Shown here piece after piece: positions 54,322 to 63,467 of a DNA stretch of 64,000 nt. Source of the stretch: an uncultured bacterium (lineage in GTDB: Bacteria > Krumholzibacteriota > Krumholzibacteriia > LZORAL124-64-63); NCBI GenBank assembly GCA_963727525.1, contig CAVSGO010000007.1:1312001-1376000 (forward strand), read 5' to 3'. Within the stretch, counting starts at the first letter, position 1. Every line of letters starts with the position of its first letter. The notes under the pieces are model-generated. The model searched no databases. It was not told the DNA's origin and worked only from the letters and a program-made list of their open reading frames with translations. The position numbers and the translations under genes were made by a program.

Positions 54322-55616
54322 GGCGCGCTCCCGACCCGCGCCTCTGGCTGCTCGCCGTCGTGATCGGAATGCTGGGAAGCGTGCGCACCCACGCAGCCGT
54401 CCCGGACGCGGTGCGGGGCATGCCGTGGCGCCGCGAGGTGATCGTTCCGCGGATCGCGCCGGGCGACACGGCGGACACCTGGTACCTCATCGAGGCCGAT
54501 TCCCTCCTGGCGGCGGTCACGGACGGCGACCTCGCGAAGGTGCGCCTTGTGGATACCGACGGCGAACCGGTTCCGACCTCCTATCTCGAGCCGACATGGC
54601 CGGAGCTGCGCAGTGTCCCGGTGGCCACGGCCGCCCTGACGTGGCAACCGTCGCCCGGCACGCCGGGCCTGTTCTCGACCGTCGTGGCACTCCCCGCCGG
54701 CGACCACGTGGCCGTGGCCTGGGATGCGAACGACGTGCGCGACGTCCATCTGAGCGGCCGGGCTGTCCGGCCGGCACGCCCGGGCCATCCCCTGGATCCC
54801 TTCGGTGCGCTGTGGACGGATGAGGAGTTGCCGCGGCCATGGCCCGCTGGCGGCCAGCGCGTATGGACCTATCGCGAAGCCGACACGACGACCGCCATCC
54901 TCAGCGTGCGGGTACCGGACGGCCACGCACCGCCGGCCGTGGTCATCCGTCGCCTGCGGGAACGGACCGAACGCCTGCGGGCCGTGTCGTTCGCGCCGCC
55001 CGAGGTGACCTATCAGGGTACCCGCTTCACGGCGAGCGTGCTGCTGGCCAACGGCCCCCGGGCCGTGGCTCGGCTGGTGGTCGAACGGGCCCCGAACGCC
55101 CGCAGCGGACTCGTTGCGGTGGAGCTGCGCGGCCCGGATGGCACGTGGCGGCGGGTCGCGGCCGATCGCGGTACGGATGTCCGCCCGGAGGTCGCGGCCG
55201 CGAAGGCGCGAGCCGAGACGCTTCTCGTGCGCCCACAGCCACGCCTGGCGACGGCGGTGCGTCTGAGCTACGCCCACGCCGAACCGCCCAATCCTCCGTT
55301 CACGCTGCGCGAGATCAGCGAGGTGCCGCCGGCCCTCGCCTTCGCACCGGGCGCGCGAACCCAGGTCTGGCTGGCATACGGCGCGTTCGCCGCCGTGGGC
55401 GCGCCAGGCATCGCCCCGGCCATGCTGCGTACCACGGCTCGGCTGGTGCCGGTGGTCCTCGGTCCCGCGACGGCGAACCCATGGTTCCGCGAGCGAACAC
55501 TCGGGGCAACCTGGCTGCAGCGGCGCCCGGCCGTGCTGACGGTGGCCATGGTCGCGATCCTGGCGGTCGTGGCGTTGCTGCTGGTGAAACCGGCGCCGCG
55601 AGAGCCGCGCCGCTGA
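54318..55616 (+). CDS. Exported protein with C-terminal membrane anchor (DUF3999-like partner of DUF2339)
   Basis: ATGA overlap; signal peptide; DLAKVRLVDTDGEPVP; WLAYG; C-terminal TM followed by a basic tail. Confidence 0.6.
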   Translation: MRRAPDPRLWLLAVVIGMLGSVRTHAAVPDAVRGMPWRREVIVPRIAPGDTADTWYLIEADSLLAAVTDGDLAKVRLVDTDGEPVPTSYLEPTWPELRSVPVATAALTWQPSPGTPGLFSTVVALPAGDHVAVAWDANDVRDVHLSGRAVRPARPGHPLDPFGALWTDEELPRPWPAGGQRVWTYREADTTTAILSVRVPDGHAPPAVVIRRLRERTERLRAVSFAPPEVTYQGTRFTASVLLANGPRAVARLVVERAPNARSGLVAVELRGPDGTWRRVAADRGTDVRPEVAAAKARAETLLVRPQPRLATAVRLSYAHAEPPNPPFTLREISEVPPALAFAPGARTQVWLAYGAFAAVGAPGIAPAMLRTTARLVPVVLGPATANPWFRERTLGATWLQRRPAVLTVAMVAILAVVALLLVKPAPREPRR

Positions 55617-55618
55617 GA

Positions 55619-56464
55619 TCAGCCGGTGGCTTCCGACAGGCCCACGAGCTGCAGGCTGAGCATGCGCAGCTTGCGACGCGCCTGGCGATCATAGACCTGC
55701 GGATGGGCCCGCGCGCGTTGCTTGCCGTCGTAGTATTCCCCCGACTCGCCTTCCACGTCCGGCGACGCCGCAAGGTACAGCACGGAATAGGCGCCATCGT
55801 CGACACTCGTGAGCGGCTCGGCGAAGTAGTCGGTGTCGCGCACCATGCGCGTGTCCATGAGCGACGCCGGATGCAGGGCGTTGACGGTGACTCTCGTCCC
55901 GCGCAGCTTGTCCGCGAGGTCGAAGGTGAACATCACCTGCGCGAGCTTGCTCTGCCGGTACGCGCGCAGGCCATCGTACGCCTTCTCCAGCATCACATCA
56001 TCGAAATCGAGCGGCTGCTGTCCCACCGACGCCACGTTTACCACCCGCGCCGGCGCCGACCGGCGCAGCAAGGGCACGAGCTGATACGTCAGCAGGAACG
56101 GCGCCAGGTAGTTGACGGCGAAGCGAAGCTCGTGACCATCGACGCTCATCTCGCGCGGCTGGTCGCGGTAGCCGCCCCCGATGCCCGCGTTGTTCACCAG
56201 CAGGTCGAGCTGATCGTGCGTGGCGGTCACCGCACTGGCGAGGCGGCGCACCTCGGCCAGCGACGCGAAGTCGGCGCTGTAGTAGCGAAGATTCGCGTTA
56301 CCGGTCTGTTCCTGGATCTCCGCGATCGCGGCGGCGCCCTTCGTCCGATCACGGCCGTGCAGGAGCACCGTCGCCCCCTGGGTGGCCAGGTCGCGCGCAA
56401 TGCGCTTGCCCAGACCATCCGTCGCCCCGGTCACGAGAACAACCTGTTCGCAGATGGGTCGCAT
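55619..56464 (-). CDS. Short-chain dehydrogenase/reductase
   Basis: TGATDGLG, NNAG, VNVAS, YRQSK and LHP. Confidence 0.93.
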   Translation of the reverse strand: MRPICEQVVLVTGATDGLGKRIARDLATQGATVLLHGRDRTKGAAAIAEIQEQTGNANLRYYSADFASLAEVRRLASAVTATHDQLDLLVNNAGIGGGYRDQPREMSVDGHELRFAVNYLAPFLLTYQLVPLLRRSAPARVVNVASVGQQPLDFDDVMLEKAYDGLRAYRQSKLAQVMFTFDLADKLRGTRVTVNALHPASLMDTRMVRDTDYFAEPLTSVDDGAYSVLYLAASPDVEGESGEYYDGKQRARAHPQVYDRQARRKLRMLSLQLVGLSEATG

Positions 56465-56527
56465 GGGATCACCTCACCGGCAGTATCGCGCGGTGCGGCG
56501 TCACTCGCCAGCGCCCGGCCGCGCCTG

Positions 56528-56567
56528 GTGGTGAACATCCCGGTTCAGTGGTAAACATTCCGGTTCA
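56528..56567. repeat. 20-bp direct repeat x2 (2 mismatches) containing the GNAT-HDAC stop codon
   Basis: GTGGTGAACATCCCGGTTCA followed by GTGGTAAACATTCCGGTTCA. Confidence 0.85.
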
Positions 56568-58928
56568 ATCGAGGCGCCAGTGTTCCGTCTGGATCTGCAG
56601 GACCTTCTTCAGCCCAGGCAAGTGATCGAGCCGGCAGTGTTCGAGCCGTGACAGCTCGGCCGGCGTGAGTGCGTCGAGACCCGCGAGTCGCCGCAACACC
56701 ATGCGCCCGGCGGCCTTGATGCCTGCCACGCTGTAGCCGCCCTCGAGCACCCAGGCGATGCGCCCGTCGCATACCTCGGCCGCGATGCGTCCGAGCAGGT
56801 CGGCGATCCAGCGGTAGCCCGCCTCGGTGAGCTGCAGTTCGCCGATGGGATCGTCACGGTGCAGGTCGAAACCACAGGATACGAGCAGGAACTGCGGACG
56901 GTATTGCTGCGCGATCGGCCGCAACAGCCCCCAGAGCAGGCGGGCGTACTCGTCGTCGCCCACGCGACGATCGATCGGCACGTTCACGCTGAACCCGCGT
57001 CCCGGCCCCTCGCCAACTTCGGTGGCGGCGCCGGTGAACGGGTAGGCACCATCGCGATGAATTGAGAAGTACAGCACGTCCGGCCGCTGCCAGAACGCGG
57101 CCTGTGTCCCGTTGCCATGGTGCGCGTCGACGTCGACGATCAGCACGCGCTGCAGGCCGTGATACGTGAGCAGGTGCTGAGCCCCGAGCGCGGCGTTGTT
57201 GAAGTAGCAGAACCCCATGGCCTTGTCGGGCTCGGCGTGGTGTCCGGGCGGCCGCACGAGCGCGAACCCGTGCCGGCCGCGGCCCGCCATGATCTCGTCG
57301 AGCAGATTCAGCAGACCGCCGACGGCGAACAGGGCGGTGTCCTGCACGCGCTCGCTGGCGAGGATCTCCTCGCCCTCGGGCACGGTGCGAGGGCCGAAGG
57401 TGCCGGCACAACGCTGCACGTGCTGGAGCGTGTGCACGCTCTGCAACTCTGCCACCGTGGCCTGGCGCACCGGCACCTTGCGCCAGCGACCCTCGAGTTC
57501 GGGATCGTCGAGGACCTCGAGGAGCGCCCGCAGACGCTTGCCGCTCTCGAACGAGAGGATCTTCTCGAGATGACCAGCGAAGCGATCGTCGATGACCAGG
57601 AGCAGTGGTGGCGTGTCGGGGGCCGAGCCTCGTTCGCGTACCAGGCCGTACTCGTGCGCGTACCGCAGCAGTTCCTCGCACCAGGGTACGCCCTGACCGC
57701 GTTCCACCAGCGCGGCCGCCGCCTCGCCGGCCCAGGGCAACGACCGCTTGGCCCGGAAACACTCCTCGAAGAAGAACGCGCCGGCCACGCGGCGCGACTC
57801 GGTATCCGGCCGCGGGAACGGGTCGCCGATCTCCGCCGCGATCAGGGCCCGTGCCTGGCGGCGCACGAGGAAGCTGATCTCGCGCTGCGTCGACTCGGGC
57901 AGCGAAGGCAGCCGGTTCGCCATCGCCACGATGTTGCGCAGGAAGTGGCCGCGCGGGTCCTCGAGCCGGTAGACGTAGGGCAAGGCATGCACGAACCCGA
58001 GCGACTCGTAGAAATTCACGGCGCCGGGCTCGGCGCGCGCCACGACATTGGCCAGCGTCGGTTCGTAGATCTTCCAGAGGAGCCACGCGCCCGCGAGGAG
58101 CATCGCTCCCGCCCCACGGTGCACCCACTCGCCCCTCACGGGATGGCCGTGGGGCCCGCCCTGCGAGGTGGCGAGGTACCGGATCTCCAGTTCCTGCGGC
58201 CCGGCGCCGGCCGTGAGGCCCACTTCCATCATGCCGGCCAGACGACCGTGTACGATGCAGGCGAAGAGGCGCCTGTGCTCGCCATGCCGCACGACGTCGA
58301 GCACGTGTCGCAGGTTGAAGAACTCCAGGTCGCGGTCGGCGATCTGCAGGAGGCAATCACGCGTCAACGGGAGTTGCACGAAGAGCGCCGAGGTGTCGAC
58401 CTCGACCACGCCCTTGAAGTAGACCGCGGCATGGGCCGGATTCCAGGGCAACGCATCCCCGGGAAAGTCGCCCCGCAGATCCTCGAGCAGGGTAAGGCAA
58501 GCGCTCGCTGTCTCGTCGAGCGGCTCCTGCGCGAGCTGAGCCTCGTAGTGAGCCGACTCCTCGTTGAGGCGGTAGTCGACCAGGTACGCCAGACCGGCGC
58601 GCCGTGCCTCGCGACGCTGACGGGACCGTTGCCAGCCAAAGTCGGGTGACGATTGCCGCCTCTGCTCGCGCAGCGTCCCGTAGGCCAGCAGGAGGCGCTC
58701 CACGAGGGCAGGGAGCCCCTGGTGCAGGTACTGATGCCGGCGCACGTGGATACTCTCGCCATTGAAGGCGAACGCGGGTTCCTGACCCGACCCCGACGCC
58801 ACGTCGTCATCGGGGGGCACCGGCGCGAGCAGACCCCAGGTGATCATCTCGGTCAACGTATGGGCCGCCTCGGCGTCGTGCCCGGCGATTTCGCCGATCG
58901 CCTGCTGCAATGCGTCACGGCCGATCAT
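56565..58928 (-). CDS. GNAT-like acetyltransferase / Zn-dependent HDAC-family deacetylase fusion
   Basis: HDAC motifs RPPGHHA, GFCYFNN, DVDAHHGNGTQ, GFDLHRDDP and LEGGY. GNAT-like LEIRYLAT, HRGAGAMLL and AVNFYESLGF. Start taken at the ATG overlapping the TauE stop. Confidence 0.85.
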   Translation of the reverse strand: MIGRDALQQAIGEIAGHDAEAAHTLTEMITWGLLAPVPPDDDVASGSGQEPAFAFNGESIHVRRHQYLHQGLPALVERLLLAYGTLREQRRQSSPDFGWQRSRQRREARRAGLAYLVDYRLNEESAHYEAQLAQEPLDETASACLTLLEDLRGDFPGDALPWNPAHAAVYFKGVVEVDTSALFVQLPLTRDCLLQIADRDLEFFNLRHVLDVVRHGEHRRLFACIVHGRLAGMMEVGLTAGAGPQELEIRYLATSQGGPHGHPVRGEWVHRGAGAMLLAGAWLLWKIYEPTLANVVARAEPGAVNFYESLGFVHALPYVYRLEDPRGHFLRNIVAMANRLPSLPESTQREISFLVRRQARALIAAEIGDPFPRPDTESRRVAGAFFFEECFRAKRSLPWAGEAAAALVERGQGVPWCEELLRYAHEYGLVRERGSAPDTPPLLLVIDDRFAGHLEKILSFESGKRLRALLEVLDDPELEGRWRKVPVRQATVAELQSVHTLQHVQRCAGTFGPRTVPEGEEILASERVQDTALFAVGGLLNLLDEIMAGRGRHGFALVRPPGHHAEPDKAMGFCYFNNAALGAQHLLTYHGLQRVLIVDVDAHHGNGTQAAFWQRPDVLYFSIHRDGAYPFTGAATEVGEGPGRGFSVNVPIDRRVGDDEYARLLWGLLRPIAQQYRPQFLLVSCGFDLHRDDPIGELQLTEAGYRWIADLLGRIAAEVCDGRIAWVLEGGYSVAGIKAAGRMVLRRLAGLDALTPAELSRLEHCRLDHLPGLKKVLQIQTEHWRLD

Positions 58929-59959
58929 GATGTCCAGAGCGTCTGCAGGTCGGGCCAGAGCTTCCAGAAGGTGAGGGCCACCACCACCAGACTGTAGGCC
59001 GGCACCACGAGGCGCCAGACACGTTCCGGGAACACCCGCGTGATATACGGGGCGATCACCGCCGAGAACGTCGTGGCTAGCATGATGCTCGGCAACAGCA
59101 CGTAGTCGGCCGGCACGCCGCTGGCTCCCATCAGCAACCATGCGATCGCCGCCAAGCCGCACACCACGCCCTCGGAGAGGGCCGTCACCGCGAGCATGCT
59201 CTTCACCGGCACGCCGGATAGCAGGCCGCCGACGGTGACCACCGGCCCGTAGCCGCCGCCGCCCACGCCCTTGTTGAAACCTGCCAGCGCCGCAAAGACG
59301 ATCATGCGATTGGGCCGGTACGGCCGCTCGTGGCGCGACTGCTTGAGCGAGATCAGACCCATCGCCAGCAGCAGAATAGCCACGTAGAGCTTGATCCACA
59401 GGCGATTCACCTCGAATACGCCGTAAATCCCGATCGTCGCTGCGAGCACGAAGACCGTGCCGACGCCGGCGATGATCAGGCACAGCCGCACCGTCTCGCT
59501 CATCGGCCGGAACTTCCACTCGACATTCTGGAACTCGCGATGCAGGAAGGCGCCGATCAGGCCGGCGAAGGACTGCTGGATCAGCACGGCCGGGACGATC
59601 TGGAGGGGATCGAAGCCCATCACCAGGAGCACCGGCGTGAGCGCCGTACCGAACCCCATGCCCGCAGCCGCGTCCATGAACTCGAAGACGAGCGCCAGGA
59701 CCACGACGCCCCAGATGATGCCCCATTCGCGGGTGCCGGCCCACCCGTATTCCGCCATCAGTGGATTACCTGGCAGGCGCGAGCTGTGGGAGGCCAGCCA
59801 GCACCCACCCAGAAAGACCAGAAAGAAGAGAACGACGCTCGCGAGCGCGGCACGCACCTGCCGCCACTCCGGCACGATGCGCTGCCAGACCGAACCCTTC
59901 TCGCGTTCGAGATCGCGCGCGACTTCCCAGCCCATGCGTCGCTCGGGTTTGCGATCCAC
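58925..59959 (-). CDS. Sulfite exporter TauE/SafE (TSUP) family membrane protein
   Basis: EFMDAAAGMGFGTALTP and GFNKGVGGGGYGPVVT repeats. GGGGAGG RBS before GTG. Confidence 0.88.
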   Translation of the reverse strand: MDRKPERRMGWEVARDLEREKGSVWQRIVPEWRQVRAALASVVLFFLVFLGGCWLASHSSRLPGNPLMAEYGWAGTREWGIIWGVVVLALVFEFMDAAAGMGFGTALTPVLLVMGFDPLQIVPAVLIQQSFAGLIGAFLHREFQNVEWKFRPMSETVRLCLIIAGVGTVFVLAATIGIYGVFEVNRLWIKLYVAILLLAMGLISLKQSRHERPYRPNRMIVFAALAGFNKGVGGGGYGPVVTVGGLLSGVPVKSMLAVTALSEGVVCGLAAIAWLLMGASGVPADYVLLPSIMLATTFSAVIAPYITRVFPERVWRLVVPAYSLVVVALTFWKLWPDLQTLWTS

Positions 59960-60124
59960 GGACGCCTCCCCTAGATATTCTCGCCTTGCCACTGGACACG
60001 TGGCGGGAATAATAGCCGAAGTCGCCCCTTTCGGCCCAGTCCTGACATCACGCCGTCCCGAGGTTGACCCGATGCCGGTGCCGATCCATCCCCTGTCCCC
60101 TCTCCGGCTCGCCCGCGCGGTCTC

Positions 60125-60961
60125 GTGGTGGCCGGTATTCCGATCCTACAGACGCTGGACCTGGTGATCGGCGCGCTCGTCCTGCTGTTCTTCCTGATCA
60201 GCGCCTTGATCGAGGACGGCGACGTGTCGGGTGCCCTGGTCGGCGCCATGGGCGTGATGGGGATCATGTTCGTGGTCGGCGCCACGATCGAGGTGATCAT
60301 CGAGGCTCTGCGCGATTTGCCCGGCCTGGGCACGGTGATCGGGTTCATCACGAACGGACCGGAGGCGTTGTGCCTGATCGTCGGCCTGGCCGCCGGCGAC
60401 GTGCTCTTCGCCGCGAGCACGCCCCTCGGCTCGAACTTCATGAATCCGCTGCTGCTCTTGGTGGCGGGGCTGATCACCGGCAGCACGGCACTGATCTTCC
60501 GCCAGCACCGAGCCACGACCCTGATCACCCTGGGCGTGACCGCCATCCTGGCCGGCAGCTTCTTCCTCATCCCCCCGGCGATCTACCCCTGGTGGCTGGC
60601 GGCGACGGTGGCGGTGAGCGTCGTGCTCTTCCTGCGCCGGCCGCCCGAACCGTCCGAGACGGTGGACACCGCCGGACAGATGCCGCGCTGGGCGGTGTTG
60701 CCGGCCGCGCTCCTGCTGGTGGTGGCGGGATATTTCCTCGACCCGGTCGTCGGCTACGCCGCCGCGGCGTCGCACGCGCCCAAGGGCGTGATCGGCTTCT
60801 TCGTGCTGGCGACACTGACGAGCTGGCCGGAGTTCAAGTCCTGCCTGACGCTGCTGCGCCGCGGACGGCCGCTGGCCTCGGTGCTCAACATCACGGTCTC
60901 GAACATCACGAACCTCTGGCTCGCGAGCATCGGCGTGATCATTCACCTGCTCACCCGCTAG
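60125..60961 (+). CDS. Ca2+/cation antiporter (Na/Ca exchanger-like) membrane protein; the true start may be 60072 via a frameshift
   Basis: Alpha-repeat-like motifs ITNGPE...GSNFMN and LTSWPE...SNITN; about 10 TMs. Confidence 0.7.
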   Translation: MVAGIPILQTLDLVIGALVLLFFLISALIEDGDVSGALVGAMGVMGIMFVVGATIEVIIEALRDLPGLGTVIGFITNGPEALCLIVGLAAGDVLFAASTPLGSNFMNPLLLLVAGLITGSTALIFRQHRATTLITLGVTAILAGSFFLIPPAIYPWWLAATVAVSVVLFLRRPPEPSETVDTAGQMPRWAVLPAALLLVVAGYFLDPVVGYAAAASHAPKGVIGFFVLATLTSWPEFKSCLTLLRRGRPLASVLNITVSNITNLWLASIGVIIHLLTR

Positions 60962-60967
60962 CGGGAA

Positions 60968-61558
60968 TCAGTCGGCGTCCAGGGCGGCCTCGATACGTTG
61001 ATGCAGCTCCGGATCGTCCGGCGTCGTCTTCGGGCCGAAACGGGCCACCACGTGTCCTTGCCGGTCCACGAGATATTTCGTGAAGTTCCAGCTCGGCTCG
61101 TCCAGCGCCTGGGTGAGGTACCGGAACACGTTGGAGCGCTTCTCGCCCTTCACGTGATCCTTCCACATCAGCGGGAAGGTGATGTGGTACGTCGTGTCGC
61201 AGAACGTGCGGATCTCGTCAGGCGTGCCCGGCTCCTGATTCATGAAGTCGTTGCTGGGAAAGGCAAGGATCACGAAGCCTCGCGGTGCCAGCTCCTGGTA
61301 CAACTTCTCCAGTCCCTCGTACTGCGGGGTGAAGCCGCATTTGCTGGCGGTGTTGACCACCAGCATCACCTTGCCCGCGTACTTGTCGAGATTCACGGGG
61401 TGTCCGTCGATCGCGCGCGCGACCATGCCGTACAGCGTGCCCGGGACCTCGCGCGACGGCTCCTGCACGTCCGCAGCGAGGGCGCTGGCGACACGCAGCG
61501 CCACGAATGTGCCCGCGATCACGACGGCCACGGCCAGTGTGATGACGACGGTCTTCAT
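60968..61558 (-). CDS. Cys-type glutathione peroxidase-family protein with N-terminal signal/anchor
   Basis: NTASKCGFTPQY, FPSNDFMNQEP and WNFTKYLV. Confidence 0.93.
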   Translation of the reverse strand: MKTVVITLAVAVVIAGTFVALRVASALAADVQEPSREVPGTLYGMVARAIDGHPVNLDKYAGKVMLVVNTASKCGFTPQYEGLEKLYQELAPRGFVILAFPSNDFMNQEPGTPDEIRTFCDTTYHITFPLMWKDHVKGEKRSNVFRYLTQALDEPSWNFTKYLVDRQGHVVARFGPKTTPDDPELHQRIEAALDAD

Positions 61559-61659
61559 GCTGACCTCCTCGTTGGCTGGTTCCCATGCCTATGATAGGAC
61601 GGAACGGCCACCGGGCCAGAATGCCCGGCCACCATACCGCGGCCGTCGTCTCACCACCG

Positions 61660-63207
61660 CTAGAGCAGCCGCGCCAGCGCGTCCCTGCGCACCTTGCCGG
61701 CCGCGCTGCGCGGTAGATTCGCCAGGAAGTGCACACCCCGCGGAATCTTGTACATGGCGAGGTTCTCGCGGCAGTGAGCGAGTACGCGCTCGGCCGGCAG
61801 CGCAGCGCCGGGAATGGGCACGACGAAGGCCTCGACCGCCTCGCCGAGCAACTCGTCCGGCACGCCGATCACGCTGATCTCCGCCACCTCGGGCAGTTCG
61901 GCGATCACGTCCTCGATCTCGCGCGGGCTCACCCGATTGGCACCGACCTTGATCATATTCTTGATGCGATCGACCAGGAAGATGTAGCCCTCGGCGTCCT
62001 TACGTCCGAGATCGCCGGTGTGCAGACCGTCGCGGTCGAGAACGAGGGCCGTCTCGGCCGGGTCGTTCCAGTAGCCCTGCATGATGTTGTCGCCCGTGGC
62101 CACGACCTCGCCCACCTCGTCCACGCCGCACTCACGCCCGCCCTCGCCACGGATGATGAGCTGCACGCCGGGGATCGGCAGCCCGATGCTCCCGAGCTTG
62201 TCGGACAGCCGCTCGGGGGGCACGTAGCTGAGGCGCGCGCTGGCTTCCGTCTGGCCATACATCACGAAGAGTCGCACGTGCGCCGGCAGCGCCTCGAGCA
62301 GGCGTCGCTTCAACGGCACCGTCATGCCACCACCGGCCTGGGTGAGGTAACGCAGATCGGGCCACGGCCGCCGCAGGAAATCGGTGCGTGCCGCCAGGAT
62401 GGCGTAGGTCGAAGGCACGCCGGAGAACCCGCTCACCTTGCTGCTCGCAATGGCATCGACCACCGCGGCCGGATAGGCGAAGCGGTTGTCCACGACGATC
62501 CGCCCGCCCACGGCCACGTGGGTCAGCAACAGGGAGTTGCCGAAACTGTAGTGGAAGGGCAGCACACAGAGCACGCTGTCGCGAGCCGTCAGCTCCAGGT
62601 AGGCCAGGATCTGCTGCGTATTGGCGACGAGGTTGCCGTGCGTGAGAGTCACGCCGCGGGGCCGTCCCGTGGAACCGCTCGTGTAGAGGATGGCCGCGAG
62701 ATCGTCGGGGCCGCACCGCGGCGCCGGACACGCGTCGCTGCACGCGGCCAGCTCGGCCGGTCCCAGCAGTGTCACGGACTCGGGCAGATCCCATGCGGGA
62801 TTGAATCGATCCAGCAGCACGAAACGGAGGTTCGGCGCGCCCTGGATCAGGGCCGGCAGATCCCGCCGCACCTGGGCAGCCACGGTGACCAGCCCCACGG
62901 CACCGCTGTCCTGCAGGAGTTCGGCCGTCGTGCGCGCCTTGTTCGCGCTGTTGAGGGCCACGCAGCAGGCCCCGGCCTTCAGGATGCCGAAGAAACCCTC
63001 GACGTAGGCGCGGCCGTTCTCCGCGAGCAGCCCGACCCGATCGCCGCGATCCACGCCCTGCGCGAGCAGGCGGTTGGCGACGCGGTTGGCACTCGCATCC
63101 AGGTCACCGTACGTGAGATGGGTATCGCCGTGCTCGAAGGCGACGACGCCGGACGCCGAACCGGCACTCGTCTCCAGCAGTTCCGCGACCGTGCGGGGGG
63201 ACGACAT
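61660..63207 (-). CDS. Class I adenylate-forming enzyme (acyl-CoA/acyl-ACP ligase)
   Basis: YTSGSTGRPRG, MYGQTE, LHTGDLG and terminal GKV. Confidence 0.92.
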   Translation of the reverse strand: MSSPRTVAELLETSAGSASGVVAFEHGDTHLTYGDLDASANRVANRLLAQGVDRGDRVGLLAENGRAYVEGFFGILKAGACCVALNSANKARTTAELLQDSGAVGLVTVAAQVRRDLPALIQGAPNLRFVLLDRFNPAWDLPESVTLLGPAELAACSDACPAPRCGPDDLAAILYTSGSTGRPRGVTLTHGNLVANTQQILAYLELTARDSVLCVLPFHYSFGNSLLLTHVAVGGRIVVDNRFAYPAAVVDAIASSKVSGFSGVPSTYAILAARTDFLRRPWPDLRYLTQAGGGMTVPLKRRLLEALPAHVRLFVMYGQTEASARLSYVPPERLSDKLGSIGLPIPGVQLIIRGEGGRECGVDEVGEVVATGDNIMQGYWNDPAETALVLDRDGLHTGDLGRKDAEGYIFLVDRIKNMIKVGANRVSPREIEDVIAELPEVAEISVIGVPDELLGEAVEAFVVPIPGAALPAERVLAHCRENLAMYKIPRGVHFLANLPRSAAGKVRRDALARLL

Positions 63208-63215
63208 GAGTCCAC

Positions 63216-63467
63216 CTACGCCGCGGCCTGCTTGCGCGTGACGAAGTTCACGAGGTTGTCCACCGAGTCCAGGTTCTCCGGCACCAGTTCCTCGTCGGCC
63301 ACCTGGACACCGTGGTCCTTCTCCAGGAACGCCACCAGCTCCATCACGCCCACCGAATCGATGATGCCGCTGTCCAGCAGCGACATGGTGTCGTTCTGCA
63401 TCGGGGCGCCGTCACCGAAGAGGAAGTTCTCGATGATGTAGGCTCGAATACTCTCACGCATGTCCAT
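63216..63467 (-). CDS. Acyl carrier protein
   Basis: GIIDSVGVMELV phosphopantetheine motif; ENLDSV; GAGGAG RBS. Confidence 0.92.
   Translation of the reverse strand: MDMRESIRAYIIENFLFGDGAPMQNDTMSLLDSGIIDSVGVMELVAFLEKDHGVQVADEELVPENLDSVDNLVNFVTRKQAAA

Noticed and set aside
58929-59744. N-terminal extension of the 1059-aa ORF
   Set aside because: It overlaps TauE in another frame with Arg/Gly/Pro-rich off-frame composition. The ATGA-coupled start at 58928 is more plausible.
60968-61558. Selenocysteine glutathione peroxidase
   Set aside because: The active-site codon is Cys (TGC) and there is no in-frame TGA.
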